64,000 nt of DNA from Histomonas meleagridis 2922-C6/04-290x (GCA_020184695.1 JAANOX010000142.1:372001-436000), one strand, 5' to 3'. Positions 24,886 through 36,822 are shown, counted from the stretch's first letter. Numbers and translations: made by a program. Notes: generated by a model from the sequence alone, not told the origin.

Positions 24886-27583
24886 ATGGGTAATTCGGTC
24901 AGTGAGCCTAAATCAACAGAAAAAATACCACCAAATTCCTGTATAACTGAAGGAATTGTATCTAATATCAAAATTACAAAGAATTTTCAAGAATTTTATT
25001 CTAAAGTTAAATCACTTCGAAATCTTATTTTTAGTTTAAAAGAAGAAAATATTGTATCAACAGCAGAATCTATAATGAATATGATAGAAATGGATTATCC
25101 ATTCTCTCATAGACTTGTTCTTAGTCAATTAATTTATTCAGCTTTTATTTCTCAAAAAAAAGATTTTGATATTTATCTACAACTTATGCTCGAATTTGGG
25201 AAAAAGGAAAAAACATGTGAGTACAAACTCATTGATATCTTTAAATTCTTTATATTTAGTTTTTTTCCAAAACATGCAGAATGCCAAGAAACAAATTATA
25301 TTCTTGAACAATTGATTGAACATAATTATCTTAATCCAAAAAATTTACCTAAGGAATCTCTGTATTTTATTCAATATCAAGCTGATAAAGTTGATTTATT
25401 TGAAAATATTTACTCGTTTAAAGATTATTTTCTTCAAAATATGAGTGAGCTTAAAAAGAATAATTGGGCACTTCATAAAAAATATGTTAAAGAAAGTATT
25501 AATCCTAATGAAATTGCAAAAGCAATTCGAAATGATAATGTTGAAAAACTCCAAGAACTTGCATCACAAACAAATTTTGACTTTAATCAAAAAATTGAGC
25601 CATTTCTTTATGAAAGATTTTCTTATATTAATCAGAGAAATGTTTCACTTATTGATTATGCAGCATTTTTTGGATCGATTAAATGCTTTAAATTTTTAAT
25701 GTTAAGTGGTTCTGATTTAAATGATATTGTGCTTAATGATAACTATCCATCTGATTTTAGATGTTATAAAATAATATCTGATGATTTAAGTAGTACATGT
25801 TTATATGCAATTGCAGGTGGAAATAATCAAATTATTCATTTTTGTGAAGAAAGTCATATTCCTTTTGATGGGTCACTTGAAATAGCAATAAAATTTCATC
25901 AAAATGATATATTTTATTATATATATGAAAATAAACTAACAGAAATCAACGACCTGTCTTCGCTAGGAAAGGAATGTATAAAATATTATAATTTTGAAAT
26001 CTTCTTATTCTTACTGAAAGAAGGAATGAAATTATCTACTTCTATTATCGAAGATGTTGCAAAAATTGGAAACATTTTCATTATTAAACTTTTTATTGAA
26101 GAAAATCAAATCCCTAAAACAATTTTGATTTACTCTTCAATTTCTGGAAATATTGAACTTGTAAAACTCATACTTGAACAAAAAGGAATCGATATTAATG
26201 AAAAAAAAGTTTAATTTTTATTATTGATGTTATTTTATTTATCATATAATATAAAAATATTTGGTGATTATTTAGGGCATTTAAAACAGCACTTATATGG
26301 GCTTCTTATGAAGGTCACGTAGAAATAGTTAAATTATATCTTGAACAAGAAAAAATTGATATCAATGTTAAAGATTTTTGTTCTTTTTGTTTAATATTTG
26401 TTTTAATGATTTTTAAATTTAAAATAATATTTGGAATTTAATCAAACTATTTCAAACAGCATTCATGTTTGCGTCACAATATGGGCATACAGAAATAGTT
26501 AAATTACTCCTTAAACAAGGAATTGATATTAATGATAGATATATTCATATGTTTTATATAATATTTGATTTCATGAATTGGTATTTCGAAATTACATTTG
26601 GAAATTATCAAAATTAATTTGGACAGCACTTATGATGGCATCTAAAAATGGTCATACAGAAATTGTCAAAATGCTTCTTGAACAAGAAGGAATTGATGTC
26701 AATACAAAAGAAGTTTAAATGTTTCTTTTGGAATTTTATTTCATAATTCGAAATTCTGAAATATTATTTAAAGATCATTCAAAAGATTTGAAAAACAAAT
26801 AGCTTTTGAACTCGCAGCTCAAAATGGTTTTACAGATATCGCAAAAATGCTTTTCGAATTAAAAGGAATTAATGTTAATGGTAAAAATTTTTATTTGTAA
26901 TACTTTATATTTATTATGGTAAATTTGTGTTTCAAAATTATATAAGGAACTTAATTATATCATTTGATACAATTCTTATGAGAGCATCTGCAAGTGGTCG
27001 ATATGAAATCGTTAAATTCCTTCTTGAACAAGAAGGAATTGATATCAATGAAAAAAATATTTATTTTTTTCATATGAAATACATTTCAACAATTTTATGT
27101 TTCAAATTAGCATTTCAAAATTTTTTGAATTATTTGAAACAGCACTTATGAGATCTTGTTTAAGGGGTCAATCTGAAATAGTTAAACTACTTCTTGAACA
27201 AGAAGGAATTGATATTAATGCTAAAGATATTAAAGTGTTATATTTAAAATTTATTCTAATAATTTTTTATTTCAAAATAATATTTGGAAATTATTGAAAT
27301 TATTTCAAACAGCACTTATTATAGCATCTCAACGTAATTATATAGAAACAGTTGAATTACTTCTTGAACAAGAAGGAATTGATATTAATGCTAAAGATAT
27401 TGAAGTGTTTTATTTAATATTTATTATAATAGTTTTTGATTTCAAAATAATGTTTGGAAATTATTGAAATTATTTAAAACAGCACTTGTGTGGGCATCAA
27501 ATAATGGTCATACAGAAGTAGTTAAATTACTTGTACAAAAAGAAAATGACAACAACACCGAAAAAGTTAATTTAACATATTAG
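24886..27583 (+). CDS. DUF3447-type ankyrin-repeat gene split into 9 coding blocks by 8 non-canonical spacers
   Basis: Block 1 (24886-26208) has an MGNSVS start and the AIRNDN...SLIDYAAFFGSIKCFKFL...YAIAGGN...AIKFHQNDI signature. Ankyrin cores start at 26286, 26456, 26623, 26799, 26969, 27139, 27309 and 27479. Last block ends TAG 27581-27583. Confidence 0.75.
26209..27478 (+). repeat. ~170-bp periodic array: 90-nt ankyrin core plus ~80-nt spacer (8 spacers)
   Basis: Spacers: 26209-26285 (77), 26376-26455 (80), 26543-26622 (80), 26713-26798 (86), 26889-26968 (80), 27059-27138 (80), 27229-27308 (80), 27399-27478 (80). Confidence 0.9.
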
Positions 27584-28234
27584 ATATATAAATAAAAAAT
27601 AAACATCAACAATCCTTCAATCGATATAAGTAAACAATCGTAATTATTTTTTTAATTTAAATAATTATTAAAAATTATTGTTCATTATCTTATAAAATAA
27701 GGAAATAAATAACAAATCAATAATGAAGCTTTACATGTAGCAAACTAAAAAAAGCTTTTGGTAAGACTACATTTGGGGCATCCTGATACGGTTTATAAAC
27801 TTTTGAAATAATGCTGAACATCATATCTTTCTACGATTTAAACAATATCCAAATTTTTATGTAACAAAACGACATATTTCCGGATTCATTCGTCATTTTC
27901 GTTTAGACGGTTATTTAATCGATTATATTATGATGGGAAATAGCCAAAGTAAGATAACATCTATTCATATTCATTTAATTTTATCATGATAAACATTTTT
28001 TTATTTAGAAATATAATGTTTAATGAACAATAGACCAAATTTGTTAGAACTAAGAACTTAAATTCTGAGGTATGTTTTATATTATGAAACACTTTTTAAA
28101 AGTTTATACAAGGACGAAAAATATGACCAGTCAGAAGTGTACACTTATCTAATTGAACAGTTTTTTGGAGTTTTTGTACTTCAAAAAAACCGTCAGTTGA
28201 CAATACCGCCAGCGTAAGGACGTTAAAATACATA

Positions 28235-31200
28235 ATGGCTCAAAACCAAAAAGATATTGAGGAATTAGGGAGAAATATTTTAGAACAATTTGGCAAGGCC
28301 GATAATGTTTCTGGGTCAAAGGATGATAATCAACTTTATCTACATTCTCTGCAACTTTCTGATTTGTTAAATTCATTAAATTTAACATTTGACACTAAAG
28401 CAAAATTAAAACCAAACGACGTTAAATCTATTCGTTCTCTTGTGTCAGAAATTATTTCTGATTTAAAGACTTCTAATTCTCAACCCTCATCAAAGATAGG
28501 TCCTGGACCAATTGTACTTGAAGCATATAAAATCCTTACATTTGCTCTCACATTGTTACGAGATGAAAATTCTTCTTTGGAAAAGGAGTTATCAAAATTA
28601 CAAAAGAAATATGACGATCTTCTTGAAAACTCTTCTGACTTAGCAGCAATTAAAGCTGCAACAGAAGCAACCCAAGCTGCTCGTGCAACTCTTCAAAAAG
28701 AAAATTCACAATTGCAAATTGAAAATGAAAAACTTAAAGATAAAGTCGAGAAAAATAGAAAAGCCAACTCAAACCTTATTCGATATCTAGTTCAGAAGTT
28801 TAACTTACCTTCCGATACAAATCTTACAAATATCACTGATAACATGGAAGAAGTTTTAATTAACTTCAATAAACGATCTGAAGTTAATAACTCAGACCGT
28901 AAATCCAGATCTGATGCTGAAGCGCTCACTCAATCTCTTGAAATTGAAGCACTTAAACAAGAAAACGAAAACTTAAAATTTGAACTTGACACCAGTAAAC
29001 AATCGTTACAAGAAATGACTGAAAAATTTGCAAGTATTCAAACATCATTTGATTCATATGAAGAAAACAATGATGCTGCAAATGCCCGGACGTTTATATT
29101 AGAGAATGACATTAAAGCATTAAAAGAACGATGTAAAGAACTTGAAACCCGAAACAAAAACAAAAAGAAGAAACTGGAGACCGTTAAGAAAGATAGTTCA
29201 ATGCAAATTGAGCAAATCAAGCAAAAATCGGAAGAAACCGAAAAATTAAAACTCGACAATCAAAAATTAATATTAGAAAATGAAGATCTTAAAGTTCAAC
29301 TTCAACAAAGTTTGTTATCTTCAACACAAAATATATCAGAAGTACAAGAGCAACAAATACAATATTATCAAATGGCATTACAAGAACTTTCGAATGAGAT
29401 GGAAAATGTAAATGAAGATCTTCGAAAAGAATCCGAAATAAAGAACAAATTATTTGATATTGTTCAAAAACAAAATAACACTTTAACATTTTTCGAAAGA
29501 ATTCATAAAAAACTTATAGATCAATTACAAGATGTTCGACAAGAATCACAAATACTTAAATCAGAACAATCCAAATTTAATCAAAAAGAAATTATTAATT
29601 CATTGATATCATATCTTGGTGAATCTGAAGAAGAATCAATTAAAATACTTAATGATTCTACAATACCAATTTCCACACGAATTATTAAAGTTATTGAGAT
29701 CATTAAAAAGAATATTGAAGAAAGTAAAACTAAAGATGAAAATAAAATTGATAATAATGAAAATGAAAGTATTAATGAATATAAAGAAGAAAACCAAAGA
29801 ATATTAAATTATATATCTAATTTACTTGGATTTATGGAACAAATTTCGAATAGTGGAGAAATTCAAGATTGGTTAATAGATACAAATTATAACCCTTCAT
29901 TTAGAGAACATTTAATTTCTCAATGTCAAAGAGTTGAAACATTTATAAAAAGTAATGGCTTAGAACATATAAATGAAAATCAAGATTTCTTTGATTTAGC
30001 AAATTATTCATTAAACATCGCATCACAAATAGATAACCCACGAAATGAAGAATTAATGATATTATTAAAACAATCAGCTTATGCTAATGATGTATTAAGG
30101 AAATTTAGTGAAGAACTTAAATCACAAACTCAACATCTTCTAAATGAAATGAAATCGATGCGATATGAATTAGAAGAAGCTAATAATACATTACAAGATA
30201 AAGTTGATGAAACTACATCAGATTTAGCCGCAAAGCTTGATGAAGAAAAAGAAAAAAATAAAATTCTTGATAAAATTAAAAACATATTACGTAAATCTAC
30301 AAATAATGATGATAATTCATTATTAATTAAATGTATTGATTTAATTAATGATAATGAAAATAATAACGAAATTGAAGAAGTCGATGAAGATGATGAAGAT
30401 TTAAATACAGAGAAATATATTAAACAACTTGAACATAGATTAAATAAAGCTAATGAAATTAATCTTCATAATAAAGATGAATATGAAGGTATAATTCATA
30501 ATTTAGAACATCAGCTTAAAAATAAAAAGAAAGTTTGGTCACAAAAAAGTAAACAATATGAAGATGAAATTAATGGATATAAAGTTAAACATGAAGAAAT
30601 CTCTAAACAATTGGAAGATTTCGGTGAAGAAGTTTTAAGACTTCAAAATACACTTGAACAAACACTTGAAGAAAACAAAGAAATAAAAGAAACTTTGGAT
30701 TCGCAAAACAAAGAAATCGAATCTTTTCAAGATCTACGTAAAGAAGAACTTGAAAAGCAACAAAACGATTTTGAAGAGAAAATGAATGAACTTCAAAATC
30801 AAAAAGATTCCGAAATTGAGAATTTACAAAAGAATCTTGAAGATAATGAAATTAAATTTAAACAAGAACAAAAGAATCTCAAACGTCAATTACGGAATGA
30901 GATTAAACGACTTCAATCAGAATGTAATCTTCAAACACAACGCGCGACAGATCTTAGAACTCATTTCGAAACTTTAATGAGTGGATTAAAAGATAAATTA
31001 TCTAAATCACGAGAATCGGAATTAAATGCACAAAAACAATATACACAAATCGAATCGGAATTAAAGGAAACAAAGGCTTCATTATCTAAACAAGCTATAG
31101 AACTGAAAATTACTTTGATGAAGCTGAAAACTTCAGAAGAGAAAAATTCAAGAGAAAAATCTTCTTATGAATCTCAAATGAAAATGAAAATTATGGGATT

Positions 31201-31990
31201 AGAAACTGAATATCAAACAAAAATAGAAGAGTATAAGCATCAAAACACTCAAGAAATGCAAAGATTTTTAAGATTAATTTGTGAACAATTTAAAGAATTC
31301 TTTGATGCAAAAGTGCCAATTTCCAAGAATTCAATTTTGACACTTTTACAAAAAGTGTCGCAAGAACTTCAAAATAATAAAAGTTTAATTAATGCAAATA
31401 ATGAATTAAATATAATCAAAAATTTACTTACGATTCAACCTAATGAATCAATCTCATTAAAGGTTAAACAATTAAAAGAAAAACTTGACGAATTAATTAA
31501 AAAAGAAAAATTAATTCAAGAAGATAGAAAACGAGCAGACGAACTTATAAAGAAAGCAAAATTCTTAAATAATAATGAGAATTCTTCAAGAGAATGGGAA
31601 CAATGGGCTAAAAGATTACATATGTTTGTGACTGATCAATTCTCTACTGCTAAAACACCGAAAGAATTACAAATGGCACTTGAAGAAGCTTTGTTGAGTA
31701 CTATAGGACAAAGACAAAATTGGAGAAAAATCGAAATTTTAAGAGCAGAAAAAATTATGTACCAAAACGGTATATTAAATAATAAGATACAAAGGAAAAA
31801 TCCTTCGGTATTAACGTTGACAACTGTGTTTAATGCAATATATAGAATGCAAAAGTTGTCGGGACATTTGAAATATAACGTGGTTTCACTGCCACAAAAA
31901 AATGAGCCGGTTTTGATAAAAGGAAAACCAAATAAAGAGAAAAAGGAAAAGTCACCAAAACGTTTCCCAATTGTTAATCTTGTCAACTAA
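28235..31990 (+). CDS. Long coiled-coil protein (1251 aa)
   Basis: Clean ORF with extensive E/K/Q/L heptad composition. No family recognised. Confidence 0.8.
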   Translation: MAQNQKDIEELGRNILEQFGKADNVSGSKDDNQLYLHSLQLSDLLNSLNLTFDTKAKLKPNDVKSIRSLVSEIISDLKTSNSQPSSKIGPGPIVLEAYKILTFALTLLRDENSSLEKELSKLQKKYDDLLENSSDLAAIKAATEATQAARATLQKENSQLQIENEKLKDKVEKNRKANSNLIRYLVQKFNLPSDTNLTNITDNMEEVLINFNKRSEVNNSDRKSRSDAEALTQSLEIEALKQENENLKFELDTSKQSLQEMTEKFASIQTSFDSYEENNDAANARTFILENDIKALKERCKELETRNKNKKKKLETVKKDSSMQIEQIKQKSEETEKLKLDNQKLILENEDLKVQLQQSLLSSTQNISEVQEQQIQYYQMALQELSNEMENVNEDLRKESEIKNKLFDIVQKQNNTLTFFERIHKKLIDQLQDVRQESQILKSEQSKFNQKEIINSLISYLGESEEESIKILNDSTIPISTRIIKVIEIIKKNIEESKTKDENKIDNNENESINEYKEENQRILNYISNLLGFMEQISNSGEIQDWLIDTNYNPSFREHLISQCQRVETFIKSNGLEHINENQDFFDLANYSLNIASQIDNPRNEELMILLKQSAYANDVLRKFSEELKSQTQHLLNEMKSMRYELEEANNTLQDKVDETTSDLAAKLDEEKEKNKILDKIKNILRKSTNNDDNSLLIKCIDLINDNENNNEIEEVDEDDEDLNTEKYIKQLEHRLNKANEINLHNKDEYEGIIHNLEHQLKNKKKVWSQKSKQYEDEINGYKVKHEEISKQLEDFGEEVLRLQNTLEQTLEENKEIKETLDSQNKEIESFQDLRKEELEKQQNDFEEKMNELQNQKDSEIENLQKNLEDNEIKFKQEQKNLKRQLRNEIKRLQSECNLQTQRATDLRTHFETLMSGLKDKLSKSRESELNAQKQYTQIESELKETKASLSKQAIELKITLMKLKTSEEKNSREKSSYESQMKMKIMGLETEYQTKIEEYKHQNTQEMQRFLRLICEQFKEFFDAKVPISKNSILTLLQKVSQELQNNKSLINANNELNIIKNLLTIQPNESISLKVKQLKEKLDELIKKEKLIQEDRKRADELIKKAKFLNNNENSSREWEQWAKRLHMFVTDQFSTAKTPKELQMALEEALLSTIGQRQNWRKIEILRAEKIMYQNGILNNKIQRKNPSVLTLTTVFNAIYRMQKLSGHLKYNVVSLPQKNEPVLIKGKPNKEKKEKSPKRFPIVNLVN

Positions 31991-32405
31991 ATGAATCTTT
32001 TTGTTAAATCTTTTTAATGTTTGGTGTGAAATTTTTTATAATTATTGTGTACGATTAATGCGATGTGGTTGAATAAGCCCATAAAATAGTGTCATTTTCA
32101 TAAAATAAAATAATATTGCATTCATGATAAGATACTTTGTTATAAAAAAAAAAAATATTTTTTCTCTTTATTTAAATAAAAAATTCCACATTTGATGAAC
32201 CTGATTATCGGATTATATATAAATCTTTGTGTATTTGAAATTGTACAGATGATACAGGCATATTATTTCGTATGTAATCATGCTTTCTTTTGTTTTAATA
32301 ATTTTCATATGCTTTAATCAAAAGTTCATTTTATTTTTAAGAGTTTTTACTAATCAAAAAACACTTTTAAAACATTTTAATTCTAAGCATAATGACCTCA
32401 TTTAT

Positions 32406-34532
32406 TCATTGTATGTCGAGAGCACTATCTATTCTTTTCATAGACAAAAGAACATCATCTAGAAACATGTTTGTTTTTCCCATATATTCAAAGAAATCGC
32501 CCGAAATTTCAGTTCTTTCAGTACTGCTGCAACTACTCATCTTCTTTCTGTGTTTCTTTACTTTAGATTTGGGAGTTCTTTGCCGTGGTTTTGGAGCAAT
32601 TGCATTTCCAACTTTCTTCTTATTTGATTCTGTCCATTTCTGTAAGTTCTTCAACGAGCGTACAGCACGCATAAGTTTCTGTGATGGTGAGCCTTCTCTT
32701 TTAACCAAACTTGATGAGCTCAAATCATTAATACATAATTCCAAATGTTCAATGAAGGCATTTAACTTCTCTCTAGACTCAGCGATCTTTTGTTCTTCAT
32801 TTGGAATTAACACTACTTGGGCTGACTTTTCTCTTGCTTCTAAATTATTACATTCTAATTCTTCTTTTCGAAGTTTATATAACTTGCTGGATTGTTCATA
32901 GAGTTTACGCTTTGCTTCAATAAGTTTTGCATTAGTTTCCGCGTCTTGTTTTAGAACATTCCACACTTGATCCAAAACATCATAAATTGGATACTTTACA
33001 TGGAGGGGGCCCTGGTCCAATTTATCGGCCTCCTCTTTGAGGCGGTATCTTTCATAGGCAATCTGGATTGCAAGCTGACGTGAGCTTTCTAGAATACGTT
33101 CAAACTCTGTAATCGATTCCATACTTTGTTTGTTATCATTATTTTGTTGGAATTTGTTTATGTAGAATGCAAATGTTTCTTTTTCAACTTCATTAGAAAG
33201 ATCAGAAGCCTCTTTGTTGAGTAGCTTTTTGGTTTTTTGATACATTTCTTTGGTATTATAAATGTCAACAACAATTTGATGAACTGAATTCTTACATTCT
33301 TCTTTGAATTGTATAAAAGAAGGTATGTTATACTTACGAGACTTAGGACATGCTGATAAATGTCTTTTGGTCTTTTTCGCATAGAAGAGTGTGTTAATGG
33401 TAGAAATATTTTCATCGATTTGATTCAACACTGAATCAACTTGTGCACTAGAAAATATTTTCTTATGGACAATGTCGTCCTTAAGCTTGGCTCTGTTTTC
33501 TGTTATCTGTCTTTTTGTGTGAGTAATTTCACTTTGAAATGGAGATTCATAAGTTTGGAAGAAATCAATAGCATAGACAATGTTGTCTTGCAAAAAGTTT
33601 ATAAACTGTGGATGATTGTGAACATCTGCAGGTGGGTCATTAGTGAATATCTGATATGTTGATAACATCTTAAACTCATCATCTATGAAATGAAGCGACT
33701 TGTTTTTAGAAAAAACAGGCGAAGCAAACATAAAAATAACTTTTTTGTCATAATTTGGAATTTTTAATGGAATCCAAATTTTTTGATCAAAATTAAACAT
33801 CCAAACACTACCACCACTATCACCAAAAATGAATAACATGTCATAAATGACTGTGGAAAAATGAAGCGAAAAGCCTTGATTCTCAAAAACAGTATCGATT
33901 TTGGAATATCGCTTTCCGACAATATCTAAAATATAAATGCTTGAATTCATTACAGACACCTGTGTTGTTGGGTCAATAGTAAACCCCCCAAAAAGAGCAA
34001 ATGTCCCATCTTTTAATGGAGCTAATGTATGATTTCGAAATGGAGGCATGTCAGGAATATCAACTTGTGTAACTTCATGTGTGCTTAGGTTTACCATGTA
34101 GATGTCATTTAAGTTGTCTTTTCCTTTTTGTCCACCACATATAATAAGATAACCTCTTTTATCATAAGCTGCAGCATGAAAAGATCGAACAGGAATATCA
34201 CATGTTATATAACTCCAATCTCCTCGATGGAATATCCAAAGATCATTATTAAAAAAAGATGATCCTACATTCCCACCAAAAAATACAACACCAAAAGGAG
34301 TTGATGTAATAGACTGTCCTTGTCTTGGCATGAATGGTATTGGTGCTATTTTTTTCCATATATAATCTTGAAAATTAAAGTAATATAAATTTTCATTGAC
34401 CAAATAAATTGTATCTTCATGAACGCACATATTGATAGTTCCTGGTGTGAATAAAGGAATGTCTGCATAATTTAAAATAGATTTTTCACTGTATATTGGG
34501 GGATCAAAAAGCATATTTTTTTCATGTCGCAT
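32406..34532 (-). CDS. Kelch-repeat beta-propeller plus coiled-coil protein
   Basis: Kelch-like GG/W repeats (FFGG...DLWIF, ICGG...DIYMV, LFGG) followed by a helical region. M3-like GACCGTTA on the minus strand at 34551-34558. Confidence 0.8.
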   Translation of the reverse strand: MRHEKNMLFDPPIYSEKSILNYADIPLFTPGTINMCVHEDTIYLVNENLYYFNFQDYIWKKIAPIPFMPRQGQSITSTPFGVVFFGGNVGSSFFNNDLWIFHRGDWSYITCDIPVRSFHAAAYDKRGYLIICGGQKGKDNLNDIYMVNLSTHEVTQVDIPDMPPFRNHTLAPLKDGTFALFGGFTIDPTTQVSVMNSSIYILDIVGKRYSKIDTVFENQGFSLHFSTVIYDMLFIFGDSGGSVWMFNFDQKIWIPLKIPNYDKKVIFMFASPVFSKNKSLHFIDDEFKMLSTYQIFTNDPPADVHNHPQFINFLQDNIVYAIDFFQTYESPFQSEITHTKRQITENRAKLKDDIVHKKIFSSAQVDSVLNQIDENISTINTLFYAKKTKRHLSACPKSRKYNIPSFIQFKEECKNSVHQIVVDIYNTKEMYQKTKKLLNKEASDLSNEVEKETFAFYINKFQQNNDNKQSMESITEFERILESSRQLAIQIAYERYRLKEEADKLDQGPLHVKYPIYDVLDQVWNVLKQDAETNAKLIEAKRKLYEQSSKLYKLRKEELECNNLEAREKSAQVVLIPNEEQKIAESREKLNAFIEHLELCINDLSSSSLVKREGSPSQKLMRAVRSLKNLQKWTESNKKKVGNAIAPKPRQRTPKSKVKKHRKKMSSCSSTERTEISGDFFEYMGKTNMFLDDVLLSMKRIDSALDIQ

Positions 34533-36807
34533 TTTTAATGAAAATGTTTTTAACGGTCTTTTTATTTACTCCCGAAACATAGAGTTAAAATCAATTATTA
34601 CATAAATTTTTTCCAGTGTTACAAGCACCCTTCATAAAAGTTAAAAATTTCATATTACTACTTTACTTTTCATGTATTTGCATGAAAATTTAAAAAAAAA
34701 TAATTATGAATATTTTTTTATCCAAAATAAAACTCAAAACAGGGTCCTTTGTGACCAAAAAAAAAAAAATAAAAATATTGAGATTGAAAAATTTAGAACT
34801 AAATTGAGATTTCGAAATGGAACCCGTTCAATACAAAGACACTTTTGTCATTTCTTAATAACCGATCCTTATTTTTTAAGTTTTAAAGCACCAAATTAAG
34901 ATTGATTAGAATTAACACCCATATAGAAAAAATGTTGGTAAAATATTTTATTGAGATATGTTTGTTTTAATTATTGCTAACAAAACTTTAAGTAAAGATT
35001 TCTTCTTTTTATTATTTAAGAATAAGATATATGTTTTACATTTTCAATCATTGGCTTAAATTCATCAAAGAAGAAGAGTTTAAAAATGAAGTAAGTCAAA
35101 GCTTGATTTAGTAACCCCCAAAAGGGACATGTTGGCAAAAAACTTTAACATAAATTTTTTATGATGCTTAATATTTATAAATAAATATCAATAAAATAAA
35201 TTGTTCATTTCAAAAGTTTCTAAATAATATGCTATTTGATGAGATAAATATATTTTATATTTTTATATTTATTGGATAGTTTATTTTGTATACAAATTTT
35301 TTAATTTTACGACTTCTCTTGTTTTATACGCAACATAGAGGCTTTAAAAGAATAAACCAGTGGTATTACCATTCAAAGCTAAATATTTTTCTTGCTTTTT
35401 AATAACTTTAATCAAAATATTAATAAAATTCATAAGATTTTAAAGATGCGAAACAAAAATCTCATCAAAACTATCGACTGTCATTCGTATAATAATAATG
35501 ATATTGGGTTATTCCGATTTTATTGAAACATTTATTAAAAAATCGATTATCTTTAAAAACTTTTTAGATTTAAGCCTTTTCCTTATATAAATATTTCCAA
35601 AAATCAAAAGTTTGTGATTTTACAATTATGCTATTAATTGTTTATGGAGATATTAGATATTATTATCTTGCAAAAAAATACGATTAGAGTGTAGTCAAAG
35701 TGTTAAATAATTGAATGCTCAGTATTTGTAAAGTAGTCAAAATAAAATAACTAATAAAATACATATATCTCTGAATAGATCGATTATAATTGATGGTACC
35801 ATGTATTCTCAAATCAACCAGATCTGGTATTTATTAAATGTTCTTAAAAAATTAAAAAAAAATATGTAGTTGCATTTTTGGAAAGGAAATCTAATTCACA
35901 GTCTCAAAAACGATACAAATCCAGTGCCTTTGAACATGTGCCAACTATAGAGTGGTTGTATTGGTCAAACTGGAAGAAATAGACTTTTTTGAAGGTTCTT
36001 ATCATGATAAGTGAAATTTGTTTAATTTACAAATTTATTGATAACTTTATTTTATATGAAAAAGTGGAATTAGTTGACAATTCATGAATTTTATCAAAAA
36101 TGATCCTGAATTCGGCTCACCAAGTTTCTAATGTGCTGTCTAAATGATTTAATGAATTACTATAAAATTTGGGTAAGAGTTTTAAAAATTGGAATTTTGA
36201 CATTATTTTGATGACCAACCATAAAAGCGAAAAAAAATCATCGCCATAATTCCATAATTTTTCAAAACCGATAGAATAATTTCAATACATATCATTCAAT
36301 TCCACCAATTTCTACCAATTATCCCCCAAATTTGAATCCATCGTTCATTACGACAAGTAAACGTTTCAAAAATAATTGAGGCAAAAACTTGATGCTCCTT
36401 TTGGATGACTCTCAAATTGCATAACTAAATTTTCCATTCCTTTATTTAAAGCTATGAGTGTGGTAACGCAGAATGAAATACCGCCAATTGTTTTTATTTT
36501 GGAGAATTTCGTAAATTTTTGATTAGTTTACAAATTATTGGGCGACGATACTATCAATTTTTTCTTCTATAAACAAGTTAACTTTTTTGAAAATTTCTTG
36601 ATTCTGAGTTAAATTTAAATAATTCAAATCATTAAGAATGAAATTTTATCAAATATAATATGTTATATCTAAGGGGGAAATGAAAATATATGTAATTAAT
36701 ATAAAAAATAAGAAATTCATGTTTTACGCTCAAATGTTTTGTTCTACTGTTTCATTGAAATGTTGAAGCTTTTTTTGAAGTGGAAACAATCGTTAAGTTT
36801 ACTTCGC

Positions 36808-36822
36808 AACGGTTAACCGTTA
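36808..36822. promoter_or_regulatory. Double M3-like element forming a 14-bp palindrome AACGGTTAACCGTT
   Basis: Two RRCSGTTD matches about 56 bp upstream of ATG 36878. Confidence 0.55.

Noticed and set aside
26209-27478. Canonical GT-AG introns in the ankyrin arrays
   Set aside because: GT starts only 9/24 spacers, the AG is missing in 7/24, GT-to-ACAG joins are out of frame, and there is no ACTAAC branch box.
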